Shown: positions 9,254 through 17,762, numbered from the stretch's first letter. The stretch is DNA of 64,000 bases from Candidatus Lustribacter sp. (GCA_965277805.1 OZ255842.1:4864001-4928000); one strand, 5' to 3'. Translations and numbers: made by a program. The notes: generated from the sequence alone by a model not told the origin.

Positions 9254-10537
9254 CTAGGTCTTCTGGCCTAGCAAATGCTCAATTTCCAATCGGCGCTGCG
9301 CTGTCGGCGGAAATGCTTCGTCAGAATCCATAACGCGAAGAATCTGAATCATCGGTCGATCTTCATCTGTTGCGAAGATATCGTCATTTCGCGCGGTATC
9401 GTTATCACCCGAAGTAGAGAGGACCGCCGCGACTCGGTTTGAGCCTGGATCATAAAATCCATAGAAGCGTTGGAACGGACAAGCATGTGGTTCGCATTCA
9501 TCGAAAATAACATATTGGCGACCATTTTGATCCACGAGCAGTTTTAGAGTCGATGCAACTCCGCCCGCGCCTTCTATCCATCGCGCTGACTTGCCGCGAG
9601 AAGTTCGCTCGGCGTCTTTAACGGCAGCGTTGAATGCGGAAGCGAACTTTGGATCACGGCGGTATAAGTCAAACGCATACGTAGAACCCGAGAGTGACGT
9701 CCCATCAAAGCTCGCGGGAAGCACTCCCGCTCTGAGCCCGAGAAAAAGCCGCTGGGCGGTTTCGATGTCGCTGACTTTCGGTTGCGTCGATTGAGTTTGT
9801 TGCGGCGCTGCCACCGGCGTGCCGGATGACCCGCTGAGATCCTTAGCTGCGTTGATTTCAACCGCAAGCCGATCATGCAAGTCCGACATCCGGCTCCATA
9901 TGCTATCCCACTGTGAACGACTTGCAGCCTCCTGTTCGTCCGAGGTCCTGTAAAGCGCAGCGACGTCCTCACTCGACCGATAAAATTGATGATTAACACT
10001 TGCGGCGACGCTGTCGTCGATGTCGCTAGCAGCGCGCAGCCAGTCGGAGAGACCCGTACCTTCTGCTTGGGATGCGGCGGAAATGTCAGCAATCAACGAC
10101 GACGTAGTTGCTTCACCGAAGTGGTCGCCTAAGGCAGTAGCCGCACCCCGCGCAGCATTCGCCTTCGCTTCTGAAAGCGCTCCGAGCTGTTCGACATCAT
10201 CCTTTTCGGTATTAATGTATCCGAGAATGTCCGCGTCGTCGCCCGGAGTTTTACTGTAGAGGTCGTGACGCTGTTGGCTCGCTTCCTCAGCATCCATTAG
10301 GACTTTGTCGTATTGATCTTTTGACGAAGAAAACTGCGCAAGTGTCGCATCGATGCGAGAGCCTAGCGCGCTTAGGCTTCGAAAATTCGCTAAGGCTACA
10401 GCTTGAGCCGCGGCGATGCGTGCTCGGTCCGCCGCGGCTGCGACATCGCGTTGGTGTTTTTCTACTCCGAACACTACGCCCGCACCGACAATGCAAATTA
10501 AGAAGACAAGGCCGAGGACAGTCCCTACCCGCTTCAT
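9254..10537 (-). CDS. Membrane-anchored coiled-coil protein with C-terminal Ivy-like lysozyme-inhibitor domain
   Basis: N-terminal TM anchor, helical stalk, P/Q/T linker, then CEPHAC matching the Ivy CKPHDC loop. Confidence 0.7.
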   Translation of the reverse strand: MKRVGTVLGLVFLICIVGAGVVFGVEKHQRDVAAAADRARIAAAQAVALANFRSLSALGSRIDATLAQFSSSKDQYDKVLMDAEEASQQRHDLYSKTPGDDADILGYINTEKDDVEQLGALSEAKANAARGAATALGDHFGEATTSSLIADISAASQAEGTGLSDWLRAASDIDDSVAASVNHQFYRSSEDVAALYRTSDEQEAASRSQWDSIWSRMSDLHDRLAVEINAAKDLSGSSGTPVAAPQQTQSTQPKVSDIETAQRLFLGLRAGVLPASFDGTSLSGSTYAFDLYRRDPKFASAFNAAVKDAERTSRGKSARWIEGAGGVASTLKLLVDQNGRQYVIFDECEPHACPFQRFYGFYDPGSNRVAAVLSTSGDNDTARNDDIFATDEDRPMIQILRVMDSDEAFPPTAQRRLEIEHLLGQKT

Positions 10538-10927
10538 TTTGATAGCTTCTTCAGCGAGATAATCATCTCGGTACTCATGGAAGGTCGCCTCTCCCGGCGC
10601 GCAGCGCCTGACAGAGGGTGCGTCGGTGAAGCGCTCTGACTCCTGCTTGCCCGATCATATCCAAGCTTCACGCTGTCGAAGGAACGTGTTGCCGAGCTTA
10701 GGCCGGATGTCGACGGACAGCTAGTCGGCGAGGCCAACAACGTTCGTTTCTCTTTTTTCTTCCAGCCGACCGGAAAGTGCCGCAACTCACGAGCTTCGGC
10801 TCCGTGCGTCCGCGAATCGCCTTGGTGACCCCGATGCGTTCGAGCTCCTCGGCGGTGCTCACGCCGTCGTCGAAGCAGCCAACGGTCGGCTGTGGACCGA
10901 CCTGCCTGTTTGCGCCACCTCATCCAT

Positions 10928-11239
10928 TCAGGGATCGTACGTCGCCGCGGCAAACGCAGTGCGCTCGCGGCGCTCGGCGTTGCTGAGGTGGTGGCACCAT
11001 AATTCAGCGACCACGCTCGGGTCGTCTTCAAATGGAACAAAGTCAACCGCGATCACGACGAAGCTGTCTTGGCCACCGCCATCTTCCGCCGGGATATGCA
11101 GTTCTTTGCGATGCTCGTCGGACAGCTCAATGTTAACAAATTCACCGACGCATGGAACTCGCTCAAACGTTTGTTCGAGATTCATAACCCGCGTTAGAGT
11201 CTGCGTCGGACCGTAGAGATGAACAAAGACTGATCTCAT
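10928..11239 (-). CDS. Hypothetical protein coupled to terL
   Basis: ATG immediately follows the terL stop (TGAATG). Confidence 0.6.
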   Translation of the reverse strand: MRSVFVHLYGPTQTLTRVMNLEQTFERVPCVGEFVNIELSDEHRKELHIPAEDGGGQDSFVVIAVDFVPFEDDPSVVAELWCHHLSNAERRERTAFAAATYDP

Positions 11240-12505
11240 TCAGAAGCCTTTCGAATTTCCGCGCGTCATCAACACGCCGTAGCAGAATGTATCGAGCAGA
11301 TCTAGGCCGTCGCTCGCTTTGGAACCCACGCGGAAGTTCGTCACCTGTTTGATGAGGTGGTTGGCCGAGATACGCTTGTGGACTTTCGTCTTGTTGTAGG
11401 CGCGATCGGTGATCTTCACGTCGCCGGCATAGACGTACGGGCTCGCTGCAATCGCTCTTTCGTCTTTACCTAGAGCGGTAAGCTTTGAGTCGATCGCATG
11501 TGCCGGCCAGCCAGCATTGCGCGCCTGCTGCAGAAGCACGATGCCCGTGCCCTTTTCCTCAATCAGGGCGCCCGCCGAACCGTTCCGCGCCCCGCAGATC
11601 CGCGCAAGATCCTCGCACCGCTGAAAGATGGTCGGGAGCCAATTCGCCTGATCGGCCCCTTCGATAGACAGGACATCCCAATCGAGGATGAGCGTTTGCG
11701 GGTGCGTCAGGCTGTTGTAGCTCCACCACGTTACGCCGGTGGAGTTGTGCTCGGTGCCGCTCTTAATCGCCGTGTCGACCGTCGCGAGCACCACATCGCA
11801 GCGATCGGGGAACGGAGCGGGAGCCCCATTAATGAGCAGCGAGTCCAACGGGAAGAACGCAACGCCCGACCAGTCGACGAACTCGGCGAGGTACTCTTGC
11901 CGGTAGACCTCTGGTGAGTTTTCGAGTTCGAGCTTGGCGACCTCATCGGCGGGCAGGTAGGGATTCGTCGACGTCGGGGCGTGGAACTCGACGAACTCGC
12001 TCTGCGGGTCGTTGCAGATTGTGTAGAACCAGTTATCTTCGTCCTTGCCGGCGGGCGTAGAGAACACCCAACCAACCCCCCCGAAGTCGAGCAGCGTCGG
12101 CTTGATCGACTTGGACCAGATCTCTTCCATCTCGGGACCAGCGAACGCAGCTTCGTCAATCATGACGCCGTGATAATGGCGAGAGCGACCGGCGCGCTTG
12201 TTATTGAGCGTCCAGAAATCGACGCGCCCCCCGCCCGTGCAGCGAATGACCCCATCGATTTTCGAAGCCGAAATCGTGATCGGGTCAAGGATCTCGAAAA
12301 TCTCGCGATAGGTCTCGGACGTGATCTTGTAATCGGGAGCGAAAAGGCCCCATGATTCGCCGCGGGCAACGCGATCGCAAATGATCGTTGAGGCCATCGC
12401 CGTCTTGCCCCAGCGCCGCCCGCACCGGATGACCTTATATCGGCCCAGCACCCTCCACGCATCGATCTGGCCGCTATGCAGCTGCGGCAGCGTTATTGTG
12501 GGAAT
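11240..12505 (-). CDS. terL: Terminase large subunit
   Basis: LH.GQ motif, Walker A CGRRWGKT, Walker B VMIDEAAF, FSTP coupling motif, RQEYLAEF, nuclease-domain DTA; start inferred at ATT 12505. Confidence 0.92.
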   Translation of the reverse strand: MPTITLPQLHSGQIDAWRVLGRYKVIRCGRRWGKTAMASTIICDRVARGESWGLFAPDYKITSETYREIFEILDPITISASKIDGVIRCTGGGRVDFWTLNNKRAGRSRHYHGVMIDEAAFAGPEMEEIWSKSIKPTLLDFGGVGWVFSTPAGKDEDNWFYTICNDPQSEFVEFHAPTSTNPYLPADEVAKLELENSPEVYRQEYLAEFVDWSGVAFFPLDSLLINGAPAPFPDRCDVVLATVDTAIKSGTEHNSTGVTWWSYNSLTHPQTLILDWDVLSIEGADQANWLPTIFQRCEDLARICGARNGSAGALIEEKGTGIVLLQQARNAGWPAHAIDSKLTALGKDERAIAASPYVYAGDVKITDRAYNKTKVHKRISANHLIKQVTNFRVGSKASDGLDLLDTFCYGVLMTRGNSKGF

Positions 12506-12876
12506 TCGGGCAGTCCCCCGACGATTGTGATTTTCACGTCGGAAGGGACCGCATCGGCCTTCGGCGGCCCATAGAACTCGCGGAAGCGGCGCTCGAGCAC
12601 CCAGGTGGCCTGAGACGATCCGGTACCGCCCTCGAGCGCCTTGCAATGGAGATGGACTCCGCCACGCGCGACAGCGCGCATGATCCGATCGGCAAAATCC
12701 GGATACTGTTCTATCCAACGGTGAGCGGTGCTGCGGCTGACCCCCTCCGCCTCCGCAGCGAGAGCGACCGGCACGCCAAGCTCGAGATGGGCGCAAATCG
12801 CCTTCGCGATCGCTGGATCGACTTTCGCCTTTGGCGGTCGGCCGACGGGGCGGACTGTTTTCGGTCGTTCGCTCAT
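12493..12876 (-). CDS. terS: Terminase small subunit (HTH)
   Basis: GRPPK, HTH (AAEAEGVSRSTAHRW), A.WVLERRF..YG and C-terminal ITIVGGLP strand; overlaps terL. Confidence 0.8.
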   Translation of the reverse strand: MSERPKTVRPVGRPPKAKVDPAIAKAICAHLELGVPVALAAEAEGVSRSTAHRWIEQYPDFADRIMRAVARGGVHLHCKALEGGTGSSQATWVLERRFREFYGPPKADAVPSDVKITIVGGLPEFPQ

Positions 12877-12952
12877 GTGAATTGCGTGCCTGATAATGGG
12901 TGGTTATCGAGTGCACGGATGATCTCGCCGACGACCGGAACGAGGCCACCCA

Positions 12953-14671
12953 TCAGAATTGCGCCGTTGCGTTGATCGACGTCGCTACGTTCGAAGCGGT
13001 CGAGTTGGTAACGTGGACGTTCACGGCCGGCTTCGAGGAGCGCGCCGCGCGCTGCGAGGCATAGAACTGCTTCGAAATGAGCGCTTCGAACTTATCGGCG
13101 TACGCATTTTGCGAGGGGTAGGAGTGGCCGCCGTAGGTCTGCGGCGCATTGAGTTGCGCCTGCGATTCATCCCAGCTCCCCTCGCCACCGTACCATCCGA
13201 GGGCGATCATGCGCAGGATCTTCTTCGGGTCACTCGTCCGCTTCTCGGCATCGTGCAGCAGCTGCCCATAGAAATCGTTAAAGGCGGCAGTCTGCGCCTT
13301 CGGGCTGCCGAGGAAGTTGGCGCGACCGCGAGCAGTGCTCGTCGACCCGTACTTCGCGATCCACGCCTTGCCGAGGTGCGCGTCCGCCGTGCCGGGCATG
13401 AACTGCCACCGTCCAAGCGCGCCGCTATCGGCGTTGACGGACGTCCAGGAGCCTTCGATGCTTCCCAGCGCGTCGGCGGCTGCAGTGCGCACAATCGGCG
13501 TGCTCAGAGACCTCAGAGTCGGCGCGCCGACGATGCGCTCAAAGACCTGCGCAACGCTCGCGGCCGCGTGTTGAAGGCCGTGAAGCGCGGGGGTGACGCG
13601 CCGCTGAATGGTCTCGCCCAGCGACGCCGCTGCCCCCTTCTCCCCGGTGAGTGCGCCAAGCACTTGCGCGATGACCGGATCGGCGCCGGAGAGGTGATTG
13701 ATCGCAAAGCTCTGCGCGGCGATCCCCGCACCCTCGACGGCCTTCTTGAACGTCGCCGCGTGCGAGACAGCAGTGCGCGTGAGATTCAGCCGGCCAGCAT
13801 TGCGGGCTTCCTCGGCCTGCGATGCGGCGAGGGCCGCCGGTCCTAGCTTGAGCGCATTCCGAACATCCCCGATGTCGCCGCCGAACGACCGGTACGCCTG
13901 GACCGCCGGGATGTTCTCGAGCGGCACATCCGGCATGGCCTGCGCCGCCTTGACCACGCCGCCGAGCATTTTGTAGGCGAGATCTGAGGCCGTCATGATC
14001 CGGGCTTTGTTGAAATCGATTCCGAGCAATGACAAAGGGCCGATATTGCCCAGGTTGAGCTGCGCGTTGGCGGCGGCTTGCAGTGCTCCCGGGCCCATAA
14101 ACTGCTGGCCGTAGACGCCGAAACTCGCTTCTTGGCCCGGCGTAATGCCTTTGCTAAACGCCGAGCGCTGACGCGTGACCGCAGCGTCCGCAAGGGCCTT
14201 TGCCGCAGCTCCAGCACCTCCGACGGCCGCGGCGATCGCGCCGGCCGCAAGTCCCACGGGCCCAAGCGCAGAGAGTGCTCCTTCCGCTACGCCAGCGAGG
14301 CCGGAGCCGACTTTGCTGATACTGGCATCGGCTGCGCCGGAAAATGCCTTCCACGCGCTTTGTCCCGTCGTGCCGATGTTCCGCACCGACTCGTGCATCG
14401 TCGAGAGGCTCTTGTTGTTCGAGGCGGTCGCTTTCGCAAACGCGCTCTGAGCAGTGGTAGCGTCACGCAGGTGCACCGCAATAAGATCGGCCTGTGCCGC
14501 GGCTAGTGCGAGAGACTCTTTTGCGGTCGCCCCAGCGCCGCCCATCGCCTTGTTGAGTGACTCCCATTTCTCGGGCTGCTCGTCGAGCGATTCCGAATAG
14601 CCCATAAAGAGGTCCAGGAATTTCTGAAATTTCGAATCATCGAAATCGATCGAAATAATAGGGCGAGCCAT
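12953..14671 (-). CDS. Tape-measure-like protein with C-terminal lytic transglycosylase/lysozyme-like domain
   Basis: Ala/Gly-rich helical body with a hydrophobic segment; IEG...N..SGALGRWQFMPGT and WYGG lysozyme-like motifs; N-terminus (IISIDFDDSKFQKFLDLF) resembles myovirus TMPs as recalled. Confidence 0.75.
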   Translation of the reverse strand: MARPIISIDFDDSKFQKFLDLFMGYSESLDEQPEKWESLNKAMGGAGATAKESLALAAAQADLIAVHLRDATTAQSAFAKATASNNKSLSTMHESVRNIGTTGQSAWKAFSGAADASISKVGSGLAGVAEGALSALGPVGLAAGAIAAAVGGAGAAAKALADAAVTRQRSAFSKGITPGQEASFGVYGQQFMGPGALQAAANAQLNLGNIGPLSLLGIDFNKARIMTASDLAYKMLGGVVKAAQAMPDVPLENIPAVQAYRSFGGDIGDVRNALKLGPAALAASQAEEARNAGRLNLTRTAVSHAATFKKAVEGAGIAAQSFAINHLSGADPVIAQVLGALTGEKGAAASLGETIQRRVTPALHGLQHAAASVAQVFERIVGAPTLRSLSTPIVRTAAADALGSIEGSWTSVNADSGALGRWQFMPGTADAHLGKAWIAKYGSTSTARGRANFLGSPKAQTAAFNDFYGQLLHDAEKRTSDPKKILRMIALGWYGGEGSWDESQAQLNAPQTYGGHSYPSQNAYADKFEALISKQFYASQRAARSSKPAVNVHVTNSTASNVATSINATAQF

Positions 14672-14762
14672 AGATCTACCGTCCTTCACTTCGTGACAAC
14701 CGACGCGAGCGGCATCCGATGTCGCAGTATCTCACGCTAGCCCTCAAGTGTCAGCACCGACG

Positions 14763-14895
14763 TATCGGAACGAACGGCGTCACGCACGGGACGACCGGGC
14801 TTTCGCCCGACACGGGTCGCGTCGTGCGTCCGATAATAGGACCGTTACTGAAAACGATGAGCGGGCTCGCGCGTAACGCGCGTGGGCGATGAGCG
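14763..14895. promoter_or_regulatory. Structured intergenic element between replication and packaging modules
   Basis: Nested inverted repeats 14763-14835 closing CGGGC-GAAA-GCCCG on the minus strand; CGATGAGCG direct repeats (14855, 14887) flanking CGCGCG-TAA-CGCGCG. Confidence 0.45.
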
Positions 14896-14909
14896 TTTCG
14901 GAAAATGTC

Positions 14910-15089
14910 TCAGATGACATCATCGGCCTCGATCGTGACGACGAGGCGGATGGGAACCTCGTCCTCGGGAAGAGCGTCCTTGCGGACGTAGACGTACCGC
15001 ACCGGCGCGGTCACCTCATCGGCTTCGTAGCGCCAGTTCCGCATCGTCTCTTTCTCGCGGTGCAGGCGGACCTCGATCGGCTCCATCAT
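14910..15089 (-). CDS. Small phage-type beta-rich protein
   Basis: EKET...RY.......V.YVYVRK.AL....P..L.VTI pattern seen in small phage proteins. Confidence 0.6.
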   Translation of the reverse strand: MMEPIEVRLHREKETMRNWRYEADEVTAPVRYVYVRKDALPEDEVPIRLVVTIEADDVI

Positions 15090-15099
15090 CGATCCGCCA

Positions 15100-15519
15100 T
15101 CAGAGGGACCGCAATCGCTGTTCCAGCGCCTGCTCTTGCCGATCCAGATATGCGTCGCGTTCGGCTGTTGTGGCGAAACGCGCCGGCGTGCTTGGGGCAG
15201 GCCGGCTGAGACGCTTCGGTCTACGGCGGGCTGCGGGTTCGGGTTGTTCCGCTTTACGCGCGATCGGTGTCGGGGTTGCGATGGCAAGTCGCTCGAGAAC
15301 CGCGGCGCAGAAGGCTTCCGCGAGGACCGGCTCCAGCCAAAACGTTCGTTTGTGCTCATCGCCGATTGAGCGAGGCTTTGCGAACGCCGGTTTACCCACG
15401 GGCGCGAAGATGCAGATGTCGAACTTCCCGAACCCCGAGACGGCGATCGTTGCTGCGGCGACGAGACTGCCGTACTTTAGGCGCTCAACGGCCACGATGC
15501 GGAACGCTGGCTGCATCAT
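15100..15519 (-). CDS. Hypothetical protein, possible SpoVG/PC4-like ssDNA-binding fold
   Basis: ATGA-coupled to the upstream gene; GSLVAAATI...F..P beta pattern; replication-module context. Confidence 0.5.
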   Translation of the reverse strand: MMQPAFRIVAVERLKYGSLVAAATIAVSGFGKFDICIFAPVGKPAFAKPRSIGDEHKRTFWLEPVLAEAFCAAVLERLAIATPTPIARKAEQPEPAARRRPKRLSRPAPSTPARFATTAERDAYLDRQEQALEQRLRSL

Positions 15520-15872
15520 GACGTTGCCGGCCCTGAGCGCTCGACGCAGCGCCAGCAAATCCAAGAGCCGTTCGCATACTGGACACAGCGATCGATCTTC
15601 AGACAGCAACCGCACAGGCGTCCGCCGGCACTGAGGGCGCCGATCGCGGCCGCTACAACCGCTGAGGCTCGTGCTACTTCGACCGGTGAGCCACGGCGGT
15701 CGCAGACTTCGTACTCAACGAGCACTGCGCGGATCGCGTCGCGGTGCGGGCGAAGCCGCGTTACCCAAGCGTCAAGTTCGTCAGCCGGCGCGCGAACCCG
15801 AACCTCGGCGCCGACGACGGTGAATTCAAGCCCGCGCCGCCGCGCCTCGACGACGAGCGCCCACGCGTTCAA
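15516..15872 (-). CDS. Hypothetical protein (TubC-N-like helix-strand domain plus Zn ribbon)
   Basis: ARRRGLEFTVVGAEVRVRAP...LR.HR.AI..L and CGCC...CWRC. Confidence 0.55.
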   Translation of the reverse strand: MNAWALVVEARRRGLEFTVVGAEVRVRAPADELDAWVTRLRPHRDAIRAVLVEYEVCDRRGSPVEVARASAVVAAAIGALSAGGRLCGCCLKIDRCVQYANGSWICWRCVERSGPATS

Positions 15873-17341
15873 AGCATTGCCTCGGCGACCGGCGCACTGC
15901 TTTTCGACACGGCAACGGGCTCGACGGGGCTGTTTTCGCGAGTGCGGTCACGGTCACGGTCAATATATATATCTGACCGCTGACCGCGTTCGTTTAAGGA
16001 CGACGAGGAACGGTCCCCGTCCGAAGGGCCGGGGGACGCGTTCTCATCTCCGGATCGGCCTGCGCGGTCACGAGTGCGGTCAGACGTGACCGCGTTCAAA
16101 CCCCCGTCGCTACTGTTGTTTACGCGAACGCGGTCACGAGTGCGGTCACGAGCGACCGGGTTCGCGAGTGTCGGGGCGACCTGATCAGGCAGCCCGTACA
16201 GCGTCTTTCGCTCTATTTTTCCGATTACGACGATCGTTTTGGCCTTCTTGAGCTGTTCGAACGCCCGTTTCATGTTGCCGCGGTCAGCGCCGAGGGCGAC
16301 GATTGTGAGCGGCCCCTCGGCCTCGAGCCGGTCCAGAATGGCGCTCTCGGCGTCGGTGACTTTTTCGGCGACAGCTTCCGGCGAGGTCGCGTCGGCCGCG
16401 ATGATAATCGAGCATGGTGGCTCGCCGGACTCGAGCCGCGCGGTAATGGGCCACTCCGTTCCGGCCGCTACACCGTCGAGCGGGAAGCGCGTCTTGTCGA
16501 CCTTGAGCGCATGCATCGGCCGGCCGTCGCGGGATTTCAAGACGAGGTGAATATCCACAGCTGCGATGATGTCTCGGGATCCGCTGACCCGTTCCCGATC
16601 GGAGTTAGAGACGGCACCGATCTTTCGAACGTGATGTGCGACCACCGCTGCGCAGTCGTATGCTTGGCAGAGGCGCAGTAGGACCGCGAATGGACGGCGG
16701 ACCTCGCCAGCATCGTTCTCGTCAATTTCGAAGAGCGCCCGAAGCGTATCGAACACGATCACCGCCGGGCGGATCTGTTCAATGAGCCGCTCAAGCCGCT
16801 CGCAGTCCTGGTCGTTGAACCGAAATGTGGCGAGCCCGTCGCAGCCTTCGAAGATGATCCGCCCGGGCGGTACCGCGCCCCCGAATCCGGCCACGGCTTG
16901 GTGCACGTACTGCCTGAGCAGATCGCGCCCCATTTCGCCATTAATGTAGAGCACGGGACGCCCCGCCGCAGCTGTCTCGAATCGGCCGGCCGCTAGCGCA
17001 TCGAGAGCAAGCGCCACTGACGCGTGCATGAGGAACGCCGACTTGCCGCCGCCCGTATCAGCCGACACCAGGGTAACACCGCGCTCGGCGATCAGATGCT
17101 CGACCACGAATTTCGGCGGCTCGTACGACTGGCAAAGCAGATCCGCGGCGTCCAACGTTTGGAGACCGGCATCAGCGCCATCGGTTTCCAAGCGTTCTCC
17201 GGGCTTCGGCGCTGCGGAAAGCGCCATCGCCTTTTCGACGAGGTCCTTAAGTTGGTCGACGGTGCCACCTTCGGCAATCCAATCCGAAACGTCGAAGCCA
17301 TCGCTACGCATTCGCATCAAGCTCCACGATCCGCACGTCAT
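15869..17341 (-). CDS. RepA-type (AAA_25) replicative helicase; frameshifted C-terminal part of a primase-helicase
   Basis: Walker A ADTGGGKS, LYINGEM, Walker B IVFDTL, DEND, HHVRK, SGSRDI. Confidence 0.88.
   Translation of the reverse strand: MTCGSWSLMRMRSDGFDVSDWIAEGGTVDQLKDLVEKAMALSAAPKPGERLETDGADAGLQTLDAADLLCQSYEPPKFVVEHLIAERGVTLVSADTGGGKSAFLMHASVALALDALAAGRFETAAAGRPVLYINGEMGRDLLRQYVHQAVAGFGGAVPPGRIIFEGCDGLATFRFNDQDCERLERLIEQIRPAVIVFDTLRALFEIDENDAGEVRRPFAVLLRLCQAYDCAAVVAHHVRKIGAVSNSDRERVSGSRDIIAAVDIHLVLKSRDGRPMHALKVDKTRFPLDGVAAGTEWPITARLESGEPPCSIIIAADATSPEAVAEKVTDAESAILDRLEAEGPLTIVALGADRGNMKRAFEQLKKAKTIVVIGKIERKTLYGLPDQVAPTLANPVARDRTRDRVRVNNSSDGGLNAVTSDRTRDRAGRSGDENASPGPSDGDRSSSSLNERGQRSDIYIDRDRDRTRENSPVEPVAVSKSSAPVAEAML
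15939..16148. repeat. Iteron-like CGGTCA repeat cluster around an AT-rich spacer (candidate replication origin)
   Basis: Ten CGGTCA/TGACCG copies in ~210 bp; three direct and two inverted copies flank ATATATATATC. Confidence 0.75.
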
Positions 17342-17762
17342 TGCAAACGGCCGTTAAAAGCGCCCCGCGCTCAGCCGCTGCCTCACGGCCCGGCGCGTCG
17401 CAGTCGGGGATAACGACGATTTGCTTCGCTCCCCGGAAGTGCTCAGTGAATTCGGGCGTATACTTCCACGCCGCACCACCGGCGTTTGTGGTGGCACAGA
17501 AGCCAAGCGATTCTAAAGACTCAACGTCCTTTTCACCCTCCACGACGAAGATCGTTTGGCCTTCGGCTTTGCGCTCGAGTAACTGCGGTAGGTGGAATGG
17601 AATGCGTTCTACGCCATCCATATGCCATGTGTGTCCGCCATGTTTGTCGCATCGGCGCTGACGAAAGGTCTTCGGGAAGAAGCGCACCACTTCGTAAATC
17701 GGAGTGCCGGCTGCGTCTTGATAGACGTACACCTTTTCGATGCCGCGCTGCGACGCTGTCAT
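17304..17762 (-). CDS. TOPRIM primase domain (N-terminal part of a frameshifted primase-helicase)
   Basis: Y.Y.D..G....V.RF.PKTFRQ, FVVEGEKD, ATTNAGGA, IPDCDAPG. Confidence 0.88.
   Translation of the reverse strand: MTASQRGIEKVYVYQDAAGTPIYEVVRFFPKTFRQRRCDKHGGHTWHMDGVERIPFHLPQLLERKAEGQTIFVVEGEKDVESLESLGFCATTNAGGAAWKYTPEFTEHFRGAKQIVVIPDCDAPGREAAAERGALLTAVCNDVRIVELDANA

Noticed and set aside
10540-10927. Gene between the terL-coupled ORF and the Ivy-like gene
   Set aside because: Candidate frames are short or Arg-rich with no motif; possibly a remnant, but not supportable.
1-11239. 3' half of comEC / second att site
   Set aside because: No minus-strand ORF with MBL C-terminal motifs (DH.GG, L.TGD, HHGS) was seen; the left boundary is probably outside the window.
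12506-12949. N-terminal 148 aa of the 569-aa terL ORF in the track
   Set aside because: Arg-rich shadow translation overlapping terS in another frame; terminase motifs begin only at ~12505.
14845-14905. Hammerhead-ribozyme-like words (CTGA...GATGAG...GAAA)
   Set aside because: The CUGAnGA core is interrupted (CTGAAAACGATGA) and the required flanking stems could not be built.
15939-16148. CRISPR-like array
   Set aside because: Units are 6-19 bp, irregularly spaced and in both orientations, and no cas genes are present; better explained as iterons.
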